DNA of 64,000 bases from Caulobacteraceae bacterium. Its GTDB lineage: Bacteria; Pseudomonadota; Alphaproteobacteria; Caulobacterales; Caulobacteraceae. The position numbers and the translations under genes were made by a program. Where the stretch lies: assembly GCA_965277425.1 (NCBI GenBank), contig CBDICR010000005.1, positions 450,316-514,315 of the forward strand, given 5' to 3'. Numbering within the stretch: position 1 is the stretch's first letter; every line of letters begins with the position of its first letter. A model generated the notes under the pieces. It saw nothing but the letters and a program-made list of their open reading frames with translations. It ran no database searches and had not been told where the DNA came from. Of the stretch, positions 53,764 through 64,000 are shown piece after piece.

Positions 53764-55299
53764 ATGCCCAAAGACCCTTCTCCCGACGGTATTCCGCTCG
53801 AGCAGCTGGCGGCGCTCAGCCATGAGTTTCGCACGCCGCTGAACGGCGTGCTCGGCATGGCGCGGCTTTTGGAGTCCACGCGCCTGACCGCTGAGCAGCG
53901 CGCCTATGTGGCGGCGCTGAACGAGAGCGGCGGCCATCTGCTCGGCCTGGTCAACGACGTGCTCGACTACGCCAAGCTGGGCGCGGCGGGCATGGAGCTC
54001 AATCCCGCCGCCGTCGATGTCGAGGACGTACTGCGTTCGGTGTGCGAACTGATGAGCCCGCGCGCCCACGAAAAGGGCCTGGAGATCGGCTGGGCGGCGC
54101 AAGCGGGCCTGGCGCCGATCCTGGCCGACGAGGGGCGGCTGAAACAGATTCTGCTCAATTTCGCCGGCAATGCGGTCAAGTTCGTCGAGAGCGGCGGCGT
54201 CCTCTTGCTCGCCGAGCAGGCGGGCCCCGGGCGGCTGCGCTTCACCGTCTCCGACACCGGCCCCGGCGTCGCCGAGGCCGCGCGGCGGCGTATTTTCGAG
54301 GCCTTCACCCATGCCGATCCTGAGCACGGGTCGCGGCTGGGCGGCGCGGGCCTCGGCCTGGCCATCGCCAGCCGCATCGCCGAGGCCATGGGCGGCGCGG
54401 TCGGCGTCGCCGGCGCGGTCGGGCGCGGCGCGGACTTCTGGTTCGAGGCGCCGTTCGAAGCGGCGGGCGAGGCCAGGGCCGACACATCGCTGGCCGGCCG
54501 CCGGGTGGCCGTCGTCTCGCCCAGCGCCGTCCTGCGCGAGGCGGCGGGCCGGCAGATCGAGGCCTGCGGCGCGCGCGTCCTCAGGGCCGAGCGGATCGAG
54601 GAGGCCCTGGCCCAGACTGGCGCCGCCGACGTGATCCTGATCGACCAGGCGCTGGCGAAGGGTCGCGCGCGGCTCAAGCCGCCGCCGGGCCGGGCGGCGG
54701 TGGTCCTGCTCAAGCCCGAGGAGCGCGGCCGCATCGCCCGCTATCGCGCCGCGGGTTTCGCCGGCTATCTGATCAAGCCGCTGCGCCGCGCCTCGCTCGC
54801 CGCCAGGGTGCTCGCCGCCGAGGGCGCCCAGGCGGCGCATCCGCCGCTGGAGGACGAGCGCATCGCGCCCATGGTCCAGGCGCAAGCGCCGGCCGCGCCC
54901 GGCGCGCGCGTGCTGCTGGCCGAGGACAATCCGATCAACGCCATGCTGGCCCGCACGCTGCTGGCGCGCGAAGGCTGCGATGTCGAGCATGTCGCCGACG
55001 GGGCCGCGGCCCTGGAGGCCCTCGCCGGAGGCGGCTATGACCTGGTGCTGATGGACGTGCGCATGCCGCGCCTTTCCGGCATGGAGGCGACGCGGGCCCT
55101 GCGCGCGCGGGGCGTCGAGACGCCGGTGGTGGCCCTGACCGCCAACGCCTTCGAGGACGACCGCCGCGCCTGCCTAGCCGCCGGCATGGACGACTTCCTG
55201 GTCAAGCCGCTGAGCCCCGAGGCGCTTCGCCGCGCCCTGCTGCTCTGGACCGGCGCCGGCTGGACGGCCGCGCGCAAGCACGCCAAGCTCGCCGGCTAG
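53764..55299 (+). CDS. cytoplasmic hybrid histidine kinase with two receiver-like domains and no sensor domain
   Basis: HisKA begins about residue 12 (LEQLAALSHEFRTPLNGVLG). An HATPase domain follows (GPGVAEAARRRIFEAF...GGAGLGLAIA). Then comes a first receiver-like segment (RRVAVVSPSAVLRE...ADVILIDQAL...GYLIKP). A canonical receiver closes the protein (RVLLAEDNPINAMLARTLL...DLVLMDVRMPRLSG...DFLVKP). No TM segment or PAS domain. Confidence 0.8.
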   Translation: MPKDPSPDGIPLEQLAALSHEFRTPLNGVLGMARLLESTRLTAEQRAYVAALNESGGHLLGLVNDVLDYAKLGAAGMELNPAAVDVEDVLRSVCELMSPRAHEKGLEIGWAAQAGLAPILADEGRLKQILLNFAGNAVKFVESGGVLLLAEQAGPGRLRFTVSDTGPGVAEAARRRIFEAFTHADPEHGSRLGGAGLGLAIASRIAEAMGGAVGVAGAVGRGADFWFEAPFEAAGEARADTSLAGRRVAVVSPSAVLREAAGRQIEACGARVLRAERIEEALAQTGAADVILIDQALAKGRARLKPPPGRAAVVLLKPEERGRIARYRAAGFAGYLIKPLRRASLAARVLAAEGAQAAHPPLEDERIAPMVQAQAPAAPGARVLLAEDNPINAMLARTLLAREGCDVEHVADGAAALEALAGGGYDLVLMDVRMPRLSGMEATRALRARGVETPVVALTANAFEDDRRACLAAGMDDFLVKPLSPEALRRALLLWTGAGWTAARKHAKLAG

Positions 55300-55339
55300 A
55301 GTCGGGGCGTTCGGGCCGCCGCTCTCGGGAGCGCGGTTC

Positions 55340-56743
55340 ATGTCCGAGCAGGCCATCGCACCGGTCCCCCGCAAGCCCCCGCGGCGCCGCCGCAACATGG
55401 GCGAGGTGTTGAGGGCCCTGACCCGCCCGCGCGTCGCCCTCATGCTGATGCTGGGCTTCTCCTCCGGCCTGCCCTTCATGCTGATCGGCAATACGCTGGG
55501 CTTCTGGCTGGCTGGCGACAACATCAAGCTGGCCGCCATCGGCTACCTCTCTTGGGCCGGCCTGCCCTATCTGGTGAAGTTCGTCTGGGGCGCCGTCGTC
55601 GATCGCGTCCCCGCGCCCCTGGTCGCCTCGCTCGGCCGCCGGCGCGGCTGGATGCTGCTCAGTCAGCTAGGCGTGGCGGCCGGCCTGATCGGCATGGCCG
55701 CCTGCGATCCCAAGCGCCACCTTGTCCTGCTGGCCTGCGCGGCGGTGTTCACCGGGGTCGCCGCCGCCACCCAGGACACGGTGATCGACGCCTGGCGGAT
55801 CGAGAGCGCCGCAGACGCGGACGAACTCGGCCTGCTGACCGCCTCCTATACCCTTGGCTATCGCGCCGCCCTGATCGCCACCGAGGCCGTCATCCTGCTG
55901 GTGGCGCAGGCGCTGAGCTGGCCCATGGCCTACGCCCTCTATGGCGGGGCCATGATCGTCGGTGTGGCCGCCGCGCTGATGGCCCGCGAGCCGGCCCGGG
56001 CCGACGCCGCCATGGAGGCGCGCGACCGCCGCGAGGGCCACAACCCGCTGCTGGCCGGCTACGATGCGATCGTCAGCCCCTTCACCGTCTTCTTCCGCGC
56101 TCACGGCGTGGCGATGGCGCTTTTGATGCTGCTGACCATCACCCTCTATCACCTCAGCGACTACATGCGCGGGCCGATGTCCAACCCCTACTATGTCTCG
56201 CTGCACATCAGCCTGGCGACCATCGCCTATGTGCGGCTGACCATCGGCGCCATCGGCTCCATCGTCGGGGTGGTGCTGGGCGGGCTGACCAGCCTGCGCA
56301 TCGGCAACCGACCGACCCTGATCCTGGGATCCATCATCCAGCCCATCGGCATCGGGGCCTTCGCCCTGCTCGGCTGGCATGGCGGGGATTTCGCCCTGAT
56401 GTCGCTGGCGGGCGTCAATGTCACCGCCTTCGAGGCGATCATGACCTTCGACGCCTTCGCCATCGGGTTTTCCGGGGTGGCGCTGGTCGCCTACATGTCG
56501 ACCCTGACCAGCCTCGGCTATACCGCGACCCAATATGCGCTGCTGACTTCGGCCCTGGCCTGGACCGGCAAAATCCTGAAAGGGTTTTCCGGGGATATCG
56601 TGGAAGGCCTTCAGCACGGGCGCAGTCTGCTCGACGCCTATGCCCTGTTCTACCTGCTCGCCGCCGCCATCGGCGTGCCGGCCGTCGTCTGCTGCATCGT
56701 CCTGGCCAGGGTCACCCCGGCGCCCGCTCGCACCAGGGACTGA
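55340..56743 (+). CDS. ampG: AmpG-family MFS muropeptide permease
   Basis: Multiple TM helices with AmpG-like N-terminal motifs (LGFSSGLPFMLIGNTLGFWL...YLSWAGLPYLVKFVWGAVVDR). Confidence 0.7.
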   Translation: MSEQAIAPVPRKPPRRRRNMGEVLRALTRPRVALMLMLGFSSGLPFMLIGNTLGFWLAGDNIKLAAIGYLSWAGLPYLVKFVWGAVVDRVPAPLVASLGRRRGWMLLSQLGVAAGLIGMAACDPKRHLVLLACAAVFTGVAAATQDTVIDAWRIESAADADELGLLTASYTLGYRAALIATEAVILLVAQALSWPMAYALYGGAMIVGVAAALMAREPARADAAMEARDRREGHNPLLAGYDAIVSPFTVFFRAHGVAMALLMLLTITLYHLSDYMRGPMSNPYYVSLHISLATIAYVRLTIGAIGSIVGVVLGGLTSLRIGNRPTLILGSIIQPIGIGAFALLGWHGGDFALMSLAGVNVTAFEAIMTFDAFAIGFSGVALVAYMSTLTSLGYTATQYALLTSALAWTGKILKGFSGDIVEGLQHGRSLLDAYALFYLLAAAIGVPAVVCCIVLARVTPAPARTRD

Positions 56744-58022
56744 GATCCGCCTCCTCGCCGATCAGGGCCAGGCCCGCGGCTATGGACTCCAGTTCGGCCC
56801 CGGTGCTGATCCTGGCTGGGCCGAAACGCCGCTCGAACAGGGCCCGCACCGCCGGCACAAAGGATGAGCCGCCGGTCAGGAAGACCCGGTCTATGGCCTC
56901 GGGCTTTAGCCTGGCCACGTTCAGCGCCTCGTCGACCGCTCCATCGATGGCCGCCAGGTCGCGGCCGATCCAGGCCTCGAATTCCGCCCGCTCCACGTCG
57001 CGCTGGATATCGATGGCGCCGGCCTGGAAGACGAAACGCGCCGCGCCCTCTGCCGAAAGCGCCTCCTTCAGCCGCGAGATCGACTGGTAGAGCCGATAGC
57101 CGTATTCGCCGTCGAGGAATTCGACCAGCCGGGCGACCTTTTCCGGCTCCAGCGATCGCCGCACCAGGCCGCGGATGTCGTTCATGTCGCGCGAGGCGCG
57201 CATCAGGGCCAGCTGGTCCCAGCGCGCGAAGCTGGCGTAGTAGCGGTTGGGCATGGGCGCGACATTGTCGAAGTCGCGATAGGCCGAGCCCTTGCCCAGC
57301 GCCGGCGAGACCAGGTGATCGATCAGGCGGTAGTCGAAGGCGTCACCCGCCACGCCGACGCCGGCCTGGCCCAGGGCCTTGGAGGTCAGGACGCCGCTTT
57401 TGCGGGTGAAGCGGACGATGGAAAAGTCGCTGGTGCCGCCGCCGAAGTCGCCGACCAGGACGGTGGCGTCGGCATCGAGTTGGCGGGCGAAGAAGAAGGC
57501 CGCCGCGACCGGCTCGTAGGCGTAGAGGATCTCGGAGACCCCCAGCCGGCGAAAGGCGATCTCGTAGCGGGACAGGGCCAGGGCCGGGTCCGGGAAGGCG
57601 CCGGCGAAGCGAACGGGGCGCCCGACGATCAGCCGCGCCGGCGGCGCGGCCATCACCGCGCCGGCATGGGCGCGCACGCGCAACAGGAAGGCCGAAAGCA
57701 GGTCCTCGAACCTGTAGCGTCGACCCAGGATCACAGTCTCTGAAAAGGCGGCGCTGGCGGCGAAGCTCTTGAACGACTGAATGAACCGCGTCTCGCCCGG
57801 GTCCTCCAGATAGGCCTCGATCGCCCAGGGTCCGGCCTCGACCAGCCGGCCGTTCGGCTGGTCGGAGTCGGAGCGCAGGCTCAGGCAGGAGCGGAAGGTG
57901 GTCGAGGCGTAGTCCTCGAAGGCGAAGTCCGCCAGCACCGCCTCGCCGTCGTCGCCGGCCATGGAGACCACGGTGTTGGTGGTCCCGAAATCGATCCCGA
58001 GGGTGGATGTCGAGGCGGACAT
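56712..58022 (-). CDS. Hsp70-family ATPase-domain protein (YegD-like, no substrate-binding domain)
   Basis: Actin-like ATPase motifs (GIDFGTTNTVV, VGDFGGGTSDFSIV, FLTGGSSFVPAVRALF) in only 436 aa. Its 3' end overlaps the ampG 3' end convergently by about 32 bp. Confidence 0.7.
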   Translation of the reverse strand: MSASTSTLGIDFGTTNTVVSMAGDDGEAVLADFAFEDYASTTFRSCLSLRSDSDQPNGRLVEAGPWAIEAYLEDPGETRFIQSFKSFAASAAFSETVILGRRYRFEDLLSAFLLRVRAHAGAVMAAPPARLIVGRPVRFAGAFPDPALALSRYEIAFRRLGVSEILYAYEPVAAAFFFARQLDADATVLVGDFGGGTSDFSIVRFTRKSGVLTSKALGQAGVGVAGDAFDYRLIDHLVSPALGKGSAYRDFDNVAPMPNRYYASFARWDQLALMRASRDMNDIRGLVRRSLEPEKVARLVEFLDGEYGYRLYQSISRLKEALSAEGAARFVFQAGAIDIQRDVERAEFEAWIGRDLAAIDGAVDEALNVARLKPEAIDRVFLTGGSSFVPAVRALFERRFGPARISTGAELESIAAGLALIGEEADLSPWCERAPG

Positions 58023-58153
58023 GGGCGCGCCGGAGCACGCGCGCGCTCCGCCTTCGTCAGCTTTGAGGATGAGGGCCGGCGTGTTTGAGGCCTGCCGCGC
58101 CCGCCGTCAAGCTGATCGTCAATCGCGTGGGTTTGCATCGGCGTCCAGCAACT

Positions 58154-58173
58154 ATATAATGAAGATTATATAG
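58154..58173. promoter_or_regulatory. perfect 8+8 inverted repeat TATATAAT-gaag-ATTATATA immediately upstream of the antitoxin RBS/start (putative autoregulatory operator / -10 region)
   Basis: Read directly from the sequence. It is followed by GGAGAG and the ATG at 58181. AbrB/MazE-type antitoxins typically bind palindromes in their own promoters. Confidence 0.5.
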
Positions 58174-58180
58174 GAGAGCG

Positions 58181-58411
58181 ATGATGCTCGCGTTCAAGGT
58201 TACGACGGTCGGTGCGTCGGCCGGCTTTATCCTGACCAAGGAGGCCATGGCCCGGTTGAAAATCAAGAAGGGCGATACCGTCTATCTGACCGAAACGCCC
58301 GACGGCGGCTATCGGCTGACGCCCTACAGCCCCGAGTTCGAGCGGCAGATGACCTTGGCCGAGGACATCATGCATGAAGACCGGGAGATCCTTAGGCGAC
58401 TGGCGAAGTGA
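58181..58411 (+). CDS. AbrB/MazE/SpoVT-type antitoxin (Phd-functional analogue)
   Basis: 76 aa with a swapped-hairpin N-terminus (KVTTVGASAGFILTKEAMARLKIKKGDTVYLTE). Overlaps the downstream doc gene by 4 bp. Confidence 0.65.
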   Translation: MMLAFKVTTVGASAGFILTKEAMARLKIKKGDTVYLTETPDGGYRLTPYSPEFERQMTLAEDIMHEDREILRRLAK

Positions 58412-58788
58412 CGGATTGGCGCTGGGTCGCGCCGGAGGTCGTCTACGCCATCCACGACAGACAGCTGTCGGACCATGGCGGCCTCGATGGCGTGCGCGAT
58501 TACGGCGCGCTGGAGTCAGCCCTCGCTCGCCCGCAAAACCTCGCCGCCTATGGCGACCCCGACGCTGCGGCTCTTGCCGCCGCCTACGCCTTCGGCCTGG
58601 CGCAGAATCACGGCTTCGCGGACGGCAATAAGCGCGCGGCCTGGGTCGTCGCTCGCGTGTTTCTTGCCGACAACGGCCACCAACTGCGCTTCGACAAGAT
58701 CGACGCGGTCCGCACCGTCGAGGCCCTGGCCGCCGGGAAACTTGGCGAGTCGGAACTCGCCGACTGGTTCCGCGCCAGGCTCGCCTAG
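58408..58788 (+). CDS. doc: death-on-curing toxin Doc (Fic/Doc family)
   Basis: The Fic/Doc active-site motif HGFADGNKRAAW is present. Confidence 0.8.
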   Translation: MTDWRWVAPEVVYAIHDRQLSDHGGLDGVRDYGALESALARPQNLAAYGDPDAAALAAAYAFGLAQNHGFADGNKRAAWVVARVFLADNGHQLRFDKIDAVRTVEALAAGKLGESELADWFRARLA

Positions 58789-58910
58789 AGCGGGCCTCCG
58801 GAAAAGTGCGAAGCGGTTTTCCGCCCGCAACCCGCTCTAAACATTAGGATCGACGCGCTCGTCAGGGCGACAAATATGGCCTTGGGCGCAATCGGCGCCT
58901 CGCGCCGCCG

Positions 58911-61199
58911 CTAAACCTTGGCCTCCGCCAGCGGTCGCTCATAGGCGGCCATGGTGGCCATCTGCAGGATCTTCGACACCGAGGCCGAGAGCGGGCAGAT
59001 CTGCACCGATTTCGAAAGGCCGAGCAGGACCGGTCCCACAACGGTCGCGCCGCCGAGCGCCTGGACCAGCTTGGTCGAGATCGAGGCGGAGTGGATGGCC
59101 GGCATGATCAGCACATTGGCTTCGCCGGTCAGGCGCATGAACGGGAAGTTGGCCCGCTTGTCCGGCTCCAGCGCCAGTTCCGGCGGCATCTCGCCCTCGT
59201 ATTCGAAGTCGATATCCATTCCGTCCATCATGGCCACCGCGTCGCGGACCTTTTCCGATCGTTCGCCCATCGGATTGCCGAAGGTGGAATAGGACATGAA
59301 GGCGAGCCTCGGCTCGAAGCCCAGGTCGCGCACGGCATGGGCCGCCTCGATGGCGATCTCCACCAGCTCCTCGGCCTCCGGCATCTCGGTGATGTTGGTG
59401 TCGGCGATGAACAGGGTGCGACCCTTGGCCAGCACCACCGACATGCCGATGACACGACCGCCGGGAGCCGGATCGATCACGCGCATCACCTCTTCCAGCA
59501 CCTGGTCGAAGCTGCGCGTGACGCCGGTGACCAAGCCGTCGGCATGACCCAGCGCGACCATGGTGGCGGCGAAGGAATTGCGGTCCTGGTTGATCAACCG
59601 CTGCACGTCGCGGACCAGATAGCCTTCGCGCTGCAGGCGTTTGTAGAGGAAGTCGACATAGTCCGCGTTCCGCTCGGTGACCCGGGCGTTGATGATCTCC
59701 AGGCCGCTCTCCACCGGGTCGACCCCCACCAGGCGCATGTTCTGGTGCACCAGCTCCTCGCGCCCGACCAGGATCGCCTGGCCGAGGCCGCCGCTCTGGA
59801 AGGCGTAGGCGGCGCGGATGACGCTGGGCTCCTCGCCCTCGGCGAAGACGATGCGCCGCTTTGCGCCCTGGACGACCGCGCCGGAAATCTTCTGCAGGAA
59901 GCCCGCCGACGGATCGAGCCGCTGCGCCAGGCCCGCGCGATAGTCGTCCATGTCCTCGATCGGCCGGCGCGCGACGCCGGAATCCATCGCCGCCTGGGCG
60001 ATGAAGGGCGGGACGTACCAGATCAGCCGCGGATCGAACGGCGAGGGGATGATGTATTCCGGCCCGAACTTCAGCGCGCGGCCATGATAGGCGGCGGCGA
60101 CCTCGTCGGGCACGTCCTCGCGCGCCAGTTCGGCCAGGGCGTGGGCGCAGGCGATCTTCATCTCGTGATTGACGCGGCGCGCGCGCACGTCCAGCGCGCC
60201 GCGGAAGATGTAGGGGAAGCCCAGCACGTTGTTGACCTGGTTCGGATAGTCCGATCGGCCGGTGGCGATGATGGCGTCGGAACGGACGGCCAGCACCTCC
60301 TCGGGCGTGATCTCCGGATCGGGATTGGCCATGGCGAAGATGATCGGCTTGGGCGCCATCGACCTGACCATCTCCGCCGTCACCGCGCCCTTGACCGAAA
60401 GGCCCATGAAGACGTCGGCGCCTTGCATGGCCTCGGCCAGAGTGCGCTTGTCGGTATCGACAGCGTGGGCGGACTTCCACTGGTTCATGGCCTCGGTGCG
60501 GCCCCGGTAGATCACCCCCTTGGTGTCGACGGCGATGCAGTTCTCGGACCTGACCCCCATGGCCTTGACCAGGTCCAGCGAGGCGATGCCCGCCGCGCCG
60601 GCGCCGTTCAGCACCAGCTTGATGTCTTTCAGCTCGCGCCCGGTGATGTGGCAGGCGTTGATCAGGCCGGCGGCCGAGATGATGGCGGTGCCGTGCTGGT
60701 CGTCATGGAAGACCGGAATGTCGAGCAGCTCCTGCAGTTCGGTCTCGATGCGGAAGCACTCGGGGCTCTTGATGTCCTCCAGATTGATGCCGCCATAGGT
60801 GATGCCGATGTTCTTCACCACGGTGATGATCTCGTCGGGATCGCGGCTGAGGATCTCCACATCGATGGAATCGACGTCGGCGAAGCGCTTGAACAGCACC
60901 GCCTTGCCTTCCATCACCGGCTTGGAGGCGAGCGCGCCCAGGTCGCCGAGACCCAGGATGGCGGTGCCGTTGGAAATGACGGCGACCAGATTGCCTTTCG
61001 AGGTGTAGTCGTAGGCCAGGTCAGGATTTTCGGCGATGGCGCGCACGGGCACGGCCACGCCCGGCGAATAGGCCAGGCTGAGGTCGCGCTGGGTATCCAT
61101 CGGCTTGGTCGCCACCACGGCGATCTTGCCGGGCGTCGGATCGCGGTGAAAGGCCAGGGCCTCTTCGTCGGTAAAGGTGCGTTTTTCGGAATCGCTCAT
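58911..61199 (-). CDS. maeB: NADP-dependent malic enzyme (malic enzyme + phosphotransacetylase-like domain)
   Basis: 762 aa with malic-enzyme N- and NAD(P)-binding domains ([15 protein letters not shown]) and a C-terminal PTA-like domain. Confidence 0.9.
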   Translation of the reverse strand: MSDSEKRTFTDEEALAFHRDPTPGKIAVVATKPMDTQRDLSLAYSPGVAVPVRAIAENPDLAYDYTSKGNLVAVISNGTAILGLGDLGALASKPVMEGKAVLFKRFADVDSIDVEILSRDPDEIITVVKNIGITYGGINLEDIKSPECFRIETELQELLDIPVFHDDQHGTAIISAAGLINACHITGRELKDIKLVLNGAGAAGIASLDLVKAMGVRSENCIAVDTKGVIYRGRTEAMNQWKSAHAVDTDKRTLAEAMQGADVFMGLSVKGAVTAEMVRSMAPKPIIFAMANPDPEITPEEVLAVRSDAIIATGRSDYPNQVNNVLGFPYIFRGALDVRARRVNHEMKIACAHALAELAREDVPDEVAAAYHGRALKFGPEYIIPSPFDPRLIWYVPPFIAQAAMDSGVARRPIEDMDDYRAGLAQRLDPSAGFLQKISGAVVQGAKRRIVFAEGEEPSVIRAAYAFQSGGLGQAILVGREELVHQNMRLVGVDPVESGLEIINARVTERNADYVDFLYKRLQREGYLVRDVQRLINQDRNSFAATMVALGHADGLVTGVTRSFDQVLEEVMRVIDPAPGGRVIGMSVVLAKGRTLFIADTNITEMPEAEELVEIAIEAAHAVRDLGFEPRLAFMSYSTFGNPMGERSEKVRDAVAMMDGMDIDFEYEGEMPPELALEPDKRANFPFMRLTGEANVLIMPAIHSASISTKLVQALGGATVVGPVLLGLSKSVQICPLSASVSKILQMATMAAYERPLAEAKV

Positions 61200-61373
61200 G
61201 CCGTATTTTGGGCTTTTTGATTGCGGCGGGGCCCCTCCCCGCCCGGGGCGGGCACCCTACCGACGCCGTTCCCCGCCCACAACCGCCGCAAGCGATTTGG
61301 CGCCGGAACGGCCAGGCTGTCTTGCGCCTCGCGCCGCATTGGGTGACGCTCGCGGGCTTCGAAGGGGTGTTTG

Positions 61374-62123
61374 ATGACCATCGGCAGCGAAGACGAGCTT
61401 TCCAAGTTGCGCCACGTCGGGCGCGTTGTCGCCCGAACCATGGCCGCCATGGCCAGGGCGCTCGAGCCCGGCATGACCACCGGCGAACTGGATGGGCTCG
61501 GCCGCGATCTTCTGGAGCGGGACGGCGCCCGCTCCGCGCCCGAGATCACCTATGAATTTCCCGGCGCGACCTGCATCTCGGTCTTTCCCCAGATCGCCCA
61601 CGGCATCCCCGGCGATCGGGTTCTGAGAGCCGGGGACCTGGTCAATATCGACGTCTCCGCCGAGATCGACGGCGTCTTCGCCGATACCGGCGGCAGCTTC
61701 GCCATGCCGCCGGTCGCGCCGCGCATCGAATGCCTGGCCCGGGATGGACGTCGCGCCATGTGGACCGGCGTGCGCGCGGTCAAGGCCGGCGGGCGGCTGA
61801 ACGAGATCGGCCGCGCCATCCAGGGCTTCGCCGATCGCAACGGCTATACCTTGATCCGCAATCTTGCCAGCCACGGGGTCGGTGACGCCTTGCATGAAGA
61901 GCCGAAGGAGATCGCCACCTGGTACGAGCCGGGCGACCGGCGCCGCATCGGCTCCGGCTCGGTCTTCACCATCGAGCCCTTCCTGTCCCTGGGCTCGGAA
62001 TGGGCCATGGACAGCGACGACGGCTGGACGCTGACGGCCGAGGGCGGGCGGCCGACGGTGCAGTACGAACACACCTTGGTCGCCACGCCGCGCGGCCCCG
62101 TCGTCGTCACCCTGGCCGACTGA
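61374..62123 (+). CDS. map: type I methionine aminopeptidase
   Basis: Metal-ligand residues in a conserved context ([28 protein letters not shown]). The alternative TTG start is at 61371. Confidence 0.9.
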   Translation: MTIGSEDELSKLRHVGRVVARTMAAMARALEPGMTTGELDGLGRDLLERDGARSAPEITYEFPGATCISVFPQIAHGIPGDRVLRAGDLVNIDVSAEIDGVFADTGGSFAMPPVAPRIECLARDGRRAMWTGVRAVKAGGRLNEIGRAIQGFADRNGYTLIRNLASHGVGDALHEEPKEIATWYEPGDRRRIGSGSVFTIEPFLSLGSEWAMDSDDGWTLTAEGGRPTVQYEHTLVATPRGPVVVTLAD

Positions 62124-62131
62124 GCCTAGCC

Positions 62132-62944
62132 GTGAGTGCAGACCAGACCCAGACGCGGTTAAAGATCGGCGTCGGCGGCGCGCTCGGGCGCATGGGCCGC
62201 GCCATCCTCGCGGCCATCGAGGCCCGCGAGGACGCCGGTGTGGCGGCGGTGTTCGATCAGCCGGCGCGCGCGGGCGAGAGCCTCGACGGCCACCGGCTCG
62301 GCGCTCTCGACGCCGTCCTCGCCGCCAGCGACGTGGTGATCGACTTTTCGACGCCGGCGGCCTCGGTCGCCCTGGCCCGGCGCGCCGCCGAGCGCGGATC
62401 GCCGGCCCTGGTCGTCGGTGCGACCGGCGCATCGGCCGAGGACGAAGCCGCCATCGCCGAGGCGGCGGCGCGGGTCGCCATCGTGCGCTCGGGCAATTTC
62501 TCGCTTGGCGTCAATCTGCTGCTCGGCCTGGTCGGTCAGGCGGCTCGCCAGCTCGGGCCCGACGACTGGGACATCGAGATCTTCGAGGCCCACCACCGGC
62601 GCAAGGTGGACGCGCCCTCCGGCACGGCGCTGATGCTGGGCGAGGCGGCGGCCGGGGCGCGCGGCGGCGAACTGGCGGACGTCGCCGAGCGCGGACGCGA
62701 TGGTCAGACCGGCGCCCGAGGCAAGGGCGCGATCGGTTTTTCGGTGATGCGAGGCGGCGGCCTGATCGGCGAGCACAGCATAAGCTTCATCGCCGAGGAC
62801 GAGGTCGTCACACTCTCCCATTCCGCCCGCGACCGCAGCCTGTTCGCCAGGGGCGCGCTCGCCGCCGCCCTCTGGGTCGCGGACAAGCCGCCGGGGCTCT
62901 ACGACATGCAGGACGTGCTGGGGTTCAAGGCCGCGCCGGCCTAA
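62132..62944 (+). CDS. dapB: 4-hydroxy-tetrahydrodipicolinate reductase
   Basis: N-terminal NAD(P) motif ([12 protein letters not shown]) and the DapB catalytic region ([16 protein letters not shown]). The GTG start at 62132 lies 9 bp after the map stop. Confidence 0.85.
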   Translation: MSADQTQTRLKIGVGGALGRMGRAILAAIEAREDAGVAAVFDQPARAGESLDGHRLGALDAVLAASDVVIDFSTPAASVALARRAAERGSPALVVGATGASAEDEAAIAEAAARVAIVRSGNFSLGVNLLLGLVGQAARQLGPDDWDIEIFEAHHRRKVDAPSGTALMLGEAAAGARGGELADVAERGRDGQTGARGKGAIGFSVMRGGGLIGEHSISFIAEDEVVTLSHSARDRSLFARGALAAALWVADKPPGLYDMQDVLGFKAAPA

Positions 62945-63888
62945 CCGCCGGCGCGGATCGCCTCGATGCGGTCCCAGAACAGGGCGCCGGCGTCGGCGCC
63001 GCCGAACCGCTTCAACTGCTGGGCGCCGGTGGGCGAGGTGACGTTGATCTCGGTCATGTAGTCGCCGATCACATCGATGCCGACGAAGAGCAGGCCCCGC
63101 GCCTTCAGCGCCGGCCCGATGGCGGCGCAGAGCTGCAGGTCGCGGGCGGTCAGCTCGACAGCTTCGGCGCGGCCGCCGCGCGCGAGGTTGGAGCGCACCT
63201 GGCCCTTGGCCGGAATGCGATTGATGGCGCCCACCGGCTCGCCGTCGATCAGGATGATGCGCTTGTCGCCCCTGGAGACGGCCGGGATGAATTTCTGCGC
63301 CACCACCGGCTCGCGCCCGATCATGGCGTGCAGCTCGAGCAGGGCGTCGAGATTGGGATCGTCGGGCGCCAGCCTGACCACCCCGGACCCGCCGCCGCCG
63401 TAAAGCGGCTTCAGCACCATGTCGCCGTGTTTGGCGCGAAAGGCGTAGATCGCCTCTGGATCGGCCGTGACCAGGGTTGGCGGCTGCACGCCGGTGAACT
63501 CGGTGACGAACAGCTTCTCCGGCGCATTGCGCACCTCGGCCGGATTGTTCACCACCAGGGTCTTGGGGTGAATGCGCTCAAGGAAATGGGTCGCGGTGAT
63601 GTAGGCCAGGTCGAACGGCGGGTCCTGGCGCATCAGCACCACATCCATTTCCGCCAGCTCGCGGGTCTCGAACCCGCCCAGCCGGTGATGGTCGCCCTTC
63701 ACCGCCTGCAGATCGAGCCGACGCCCGCGCGCGAAGACGCGACCGTCCTCGAGCGAGAGATGATCGGGCGCATAGACCCAGAGCGTGTGGCCGCGGGTCT
63801 GCGCCTCCATCATCATCAGGAAGGTGGTGTCGGTCTCGATGTTGATCGCCTCGACGGGATCCATCTGGATGGCGACGTTCAAAGGCAT
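62941..63888 (-). CDS. gshB: glutathione synthetase (ATP-grasp)
   Basis: 315 aa with the GshB N-terminal domain and an ATP-grasp domain ([32 protein letters not shown]). Confidence 0.9.
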   Translation of the reverse strand: MPLNVAIQMDPVEAINIETDTTFLMMMEAQTRGHTLWVYAPDHLSLEDGRVFARGRRLDLQAVKGDHHRLGGFETRELAEMDVVLMRQDPPFDLAYITATHFLERIHPKTLVVNNPAEVRNAPEKLFVTEFTGVQPPTLVTADPEAIYAFRAKHGDMVLKPLYGGGGSGVVRLAPDDPNLDALLELHAMIGREPVVAQKFIPAVSRGDKRIILIDGEPVGAINRIPAKGQVRSNLARGGRAEAVELTARDLQLCAAIGPALKARGLLFVGIDVIGDYMTEINVTSPTGAQQLKRFGGADAGALFWDRIEAIRAGG

Positions 63889-64000
63889 TTAAGGAGAGCT
63901 CCAGCGCGCCCGTTGTTCACTAGGGGATGGCCGCAGGTCCCGGCAACGGCTGAAATCCATTGGGCGCGATCAGTTCAGCTGAAGCCGCACCCGCTCGCGC

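Noticed and set aside
58789-58910. Possible bidirectional terminator hairpin (CCGGAAAA-loop-TTTTCCG) between doc and maeB
   Set aside because: The stem is short and AT-rich with an 11-nt loop. Too weak to call a terminator from sequence alone.
63889-64000. Possible 3' end of another minus-strand gene after gshB (…RERVRLQLN stop near 63972)
   Set aside because: Only about 10 codons are visible before the window ends. Cannot be identified.

Overview
This is a high-GC (about 68%) alphaproteobacterial chromosomal segment, probably from the Caulobacterales (MmcB-family gene, Caulobacter-style DnaA N-terminus MTM..., RegB/RegA/SenC redox module). It is densely packed with housekeeping genes. Major clusters include dnaA-dnaN-recF-gyrB (transcribed leftward) next to rpsT, the sdhCDAB operon, ubiE-ubiB, coaBC-dut, acs, recQ, zapE, maeB, map, dapB and gshB. 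At the left end there is an rpoE-chrR (ECF sigma / anti-sigma) pair flanked by several oxidoreductases. The more unusual content is as follows. First, two tandem ~375-aa diiron-carboxylate (acyl-ACP-desaturase/AurF-like) paralogs sit in an apparent operon with a bacterial lipocalin, about 3 kb from a 2Fe-2S ferredoxin / FAD-ferredoxin-reductase pair. Second, a 683-aa flotillin (SPFH) gene is wedged between sdhA and sdhB. Third, there are three type II toxin-antitoxin modules: a RelE/HigB-like toxin with an HTH antitoxin, VapBC, and an AbrB-type antitoxin with Doc. Fourth, there are two lower-GC islets, one at 7.2-8.5 kb (the RelE/HTH module plus a frameshifted ORF) and one at 52.4-53.6 kb (an orphan secreted protein next to a sensor-less hybrid histidine kinase with two receiver domains). 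No rRNA, tRNA, CRISPR, transposase or integrase was recognised. Many long antisense ORFs in the six-frame track are high-GC artefacts.
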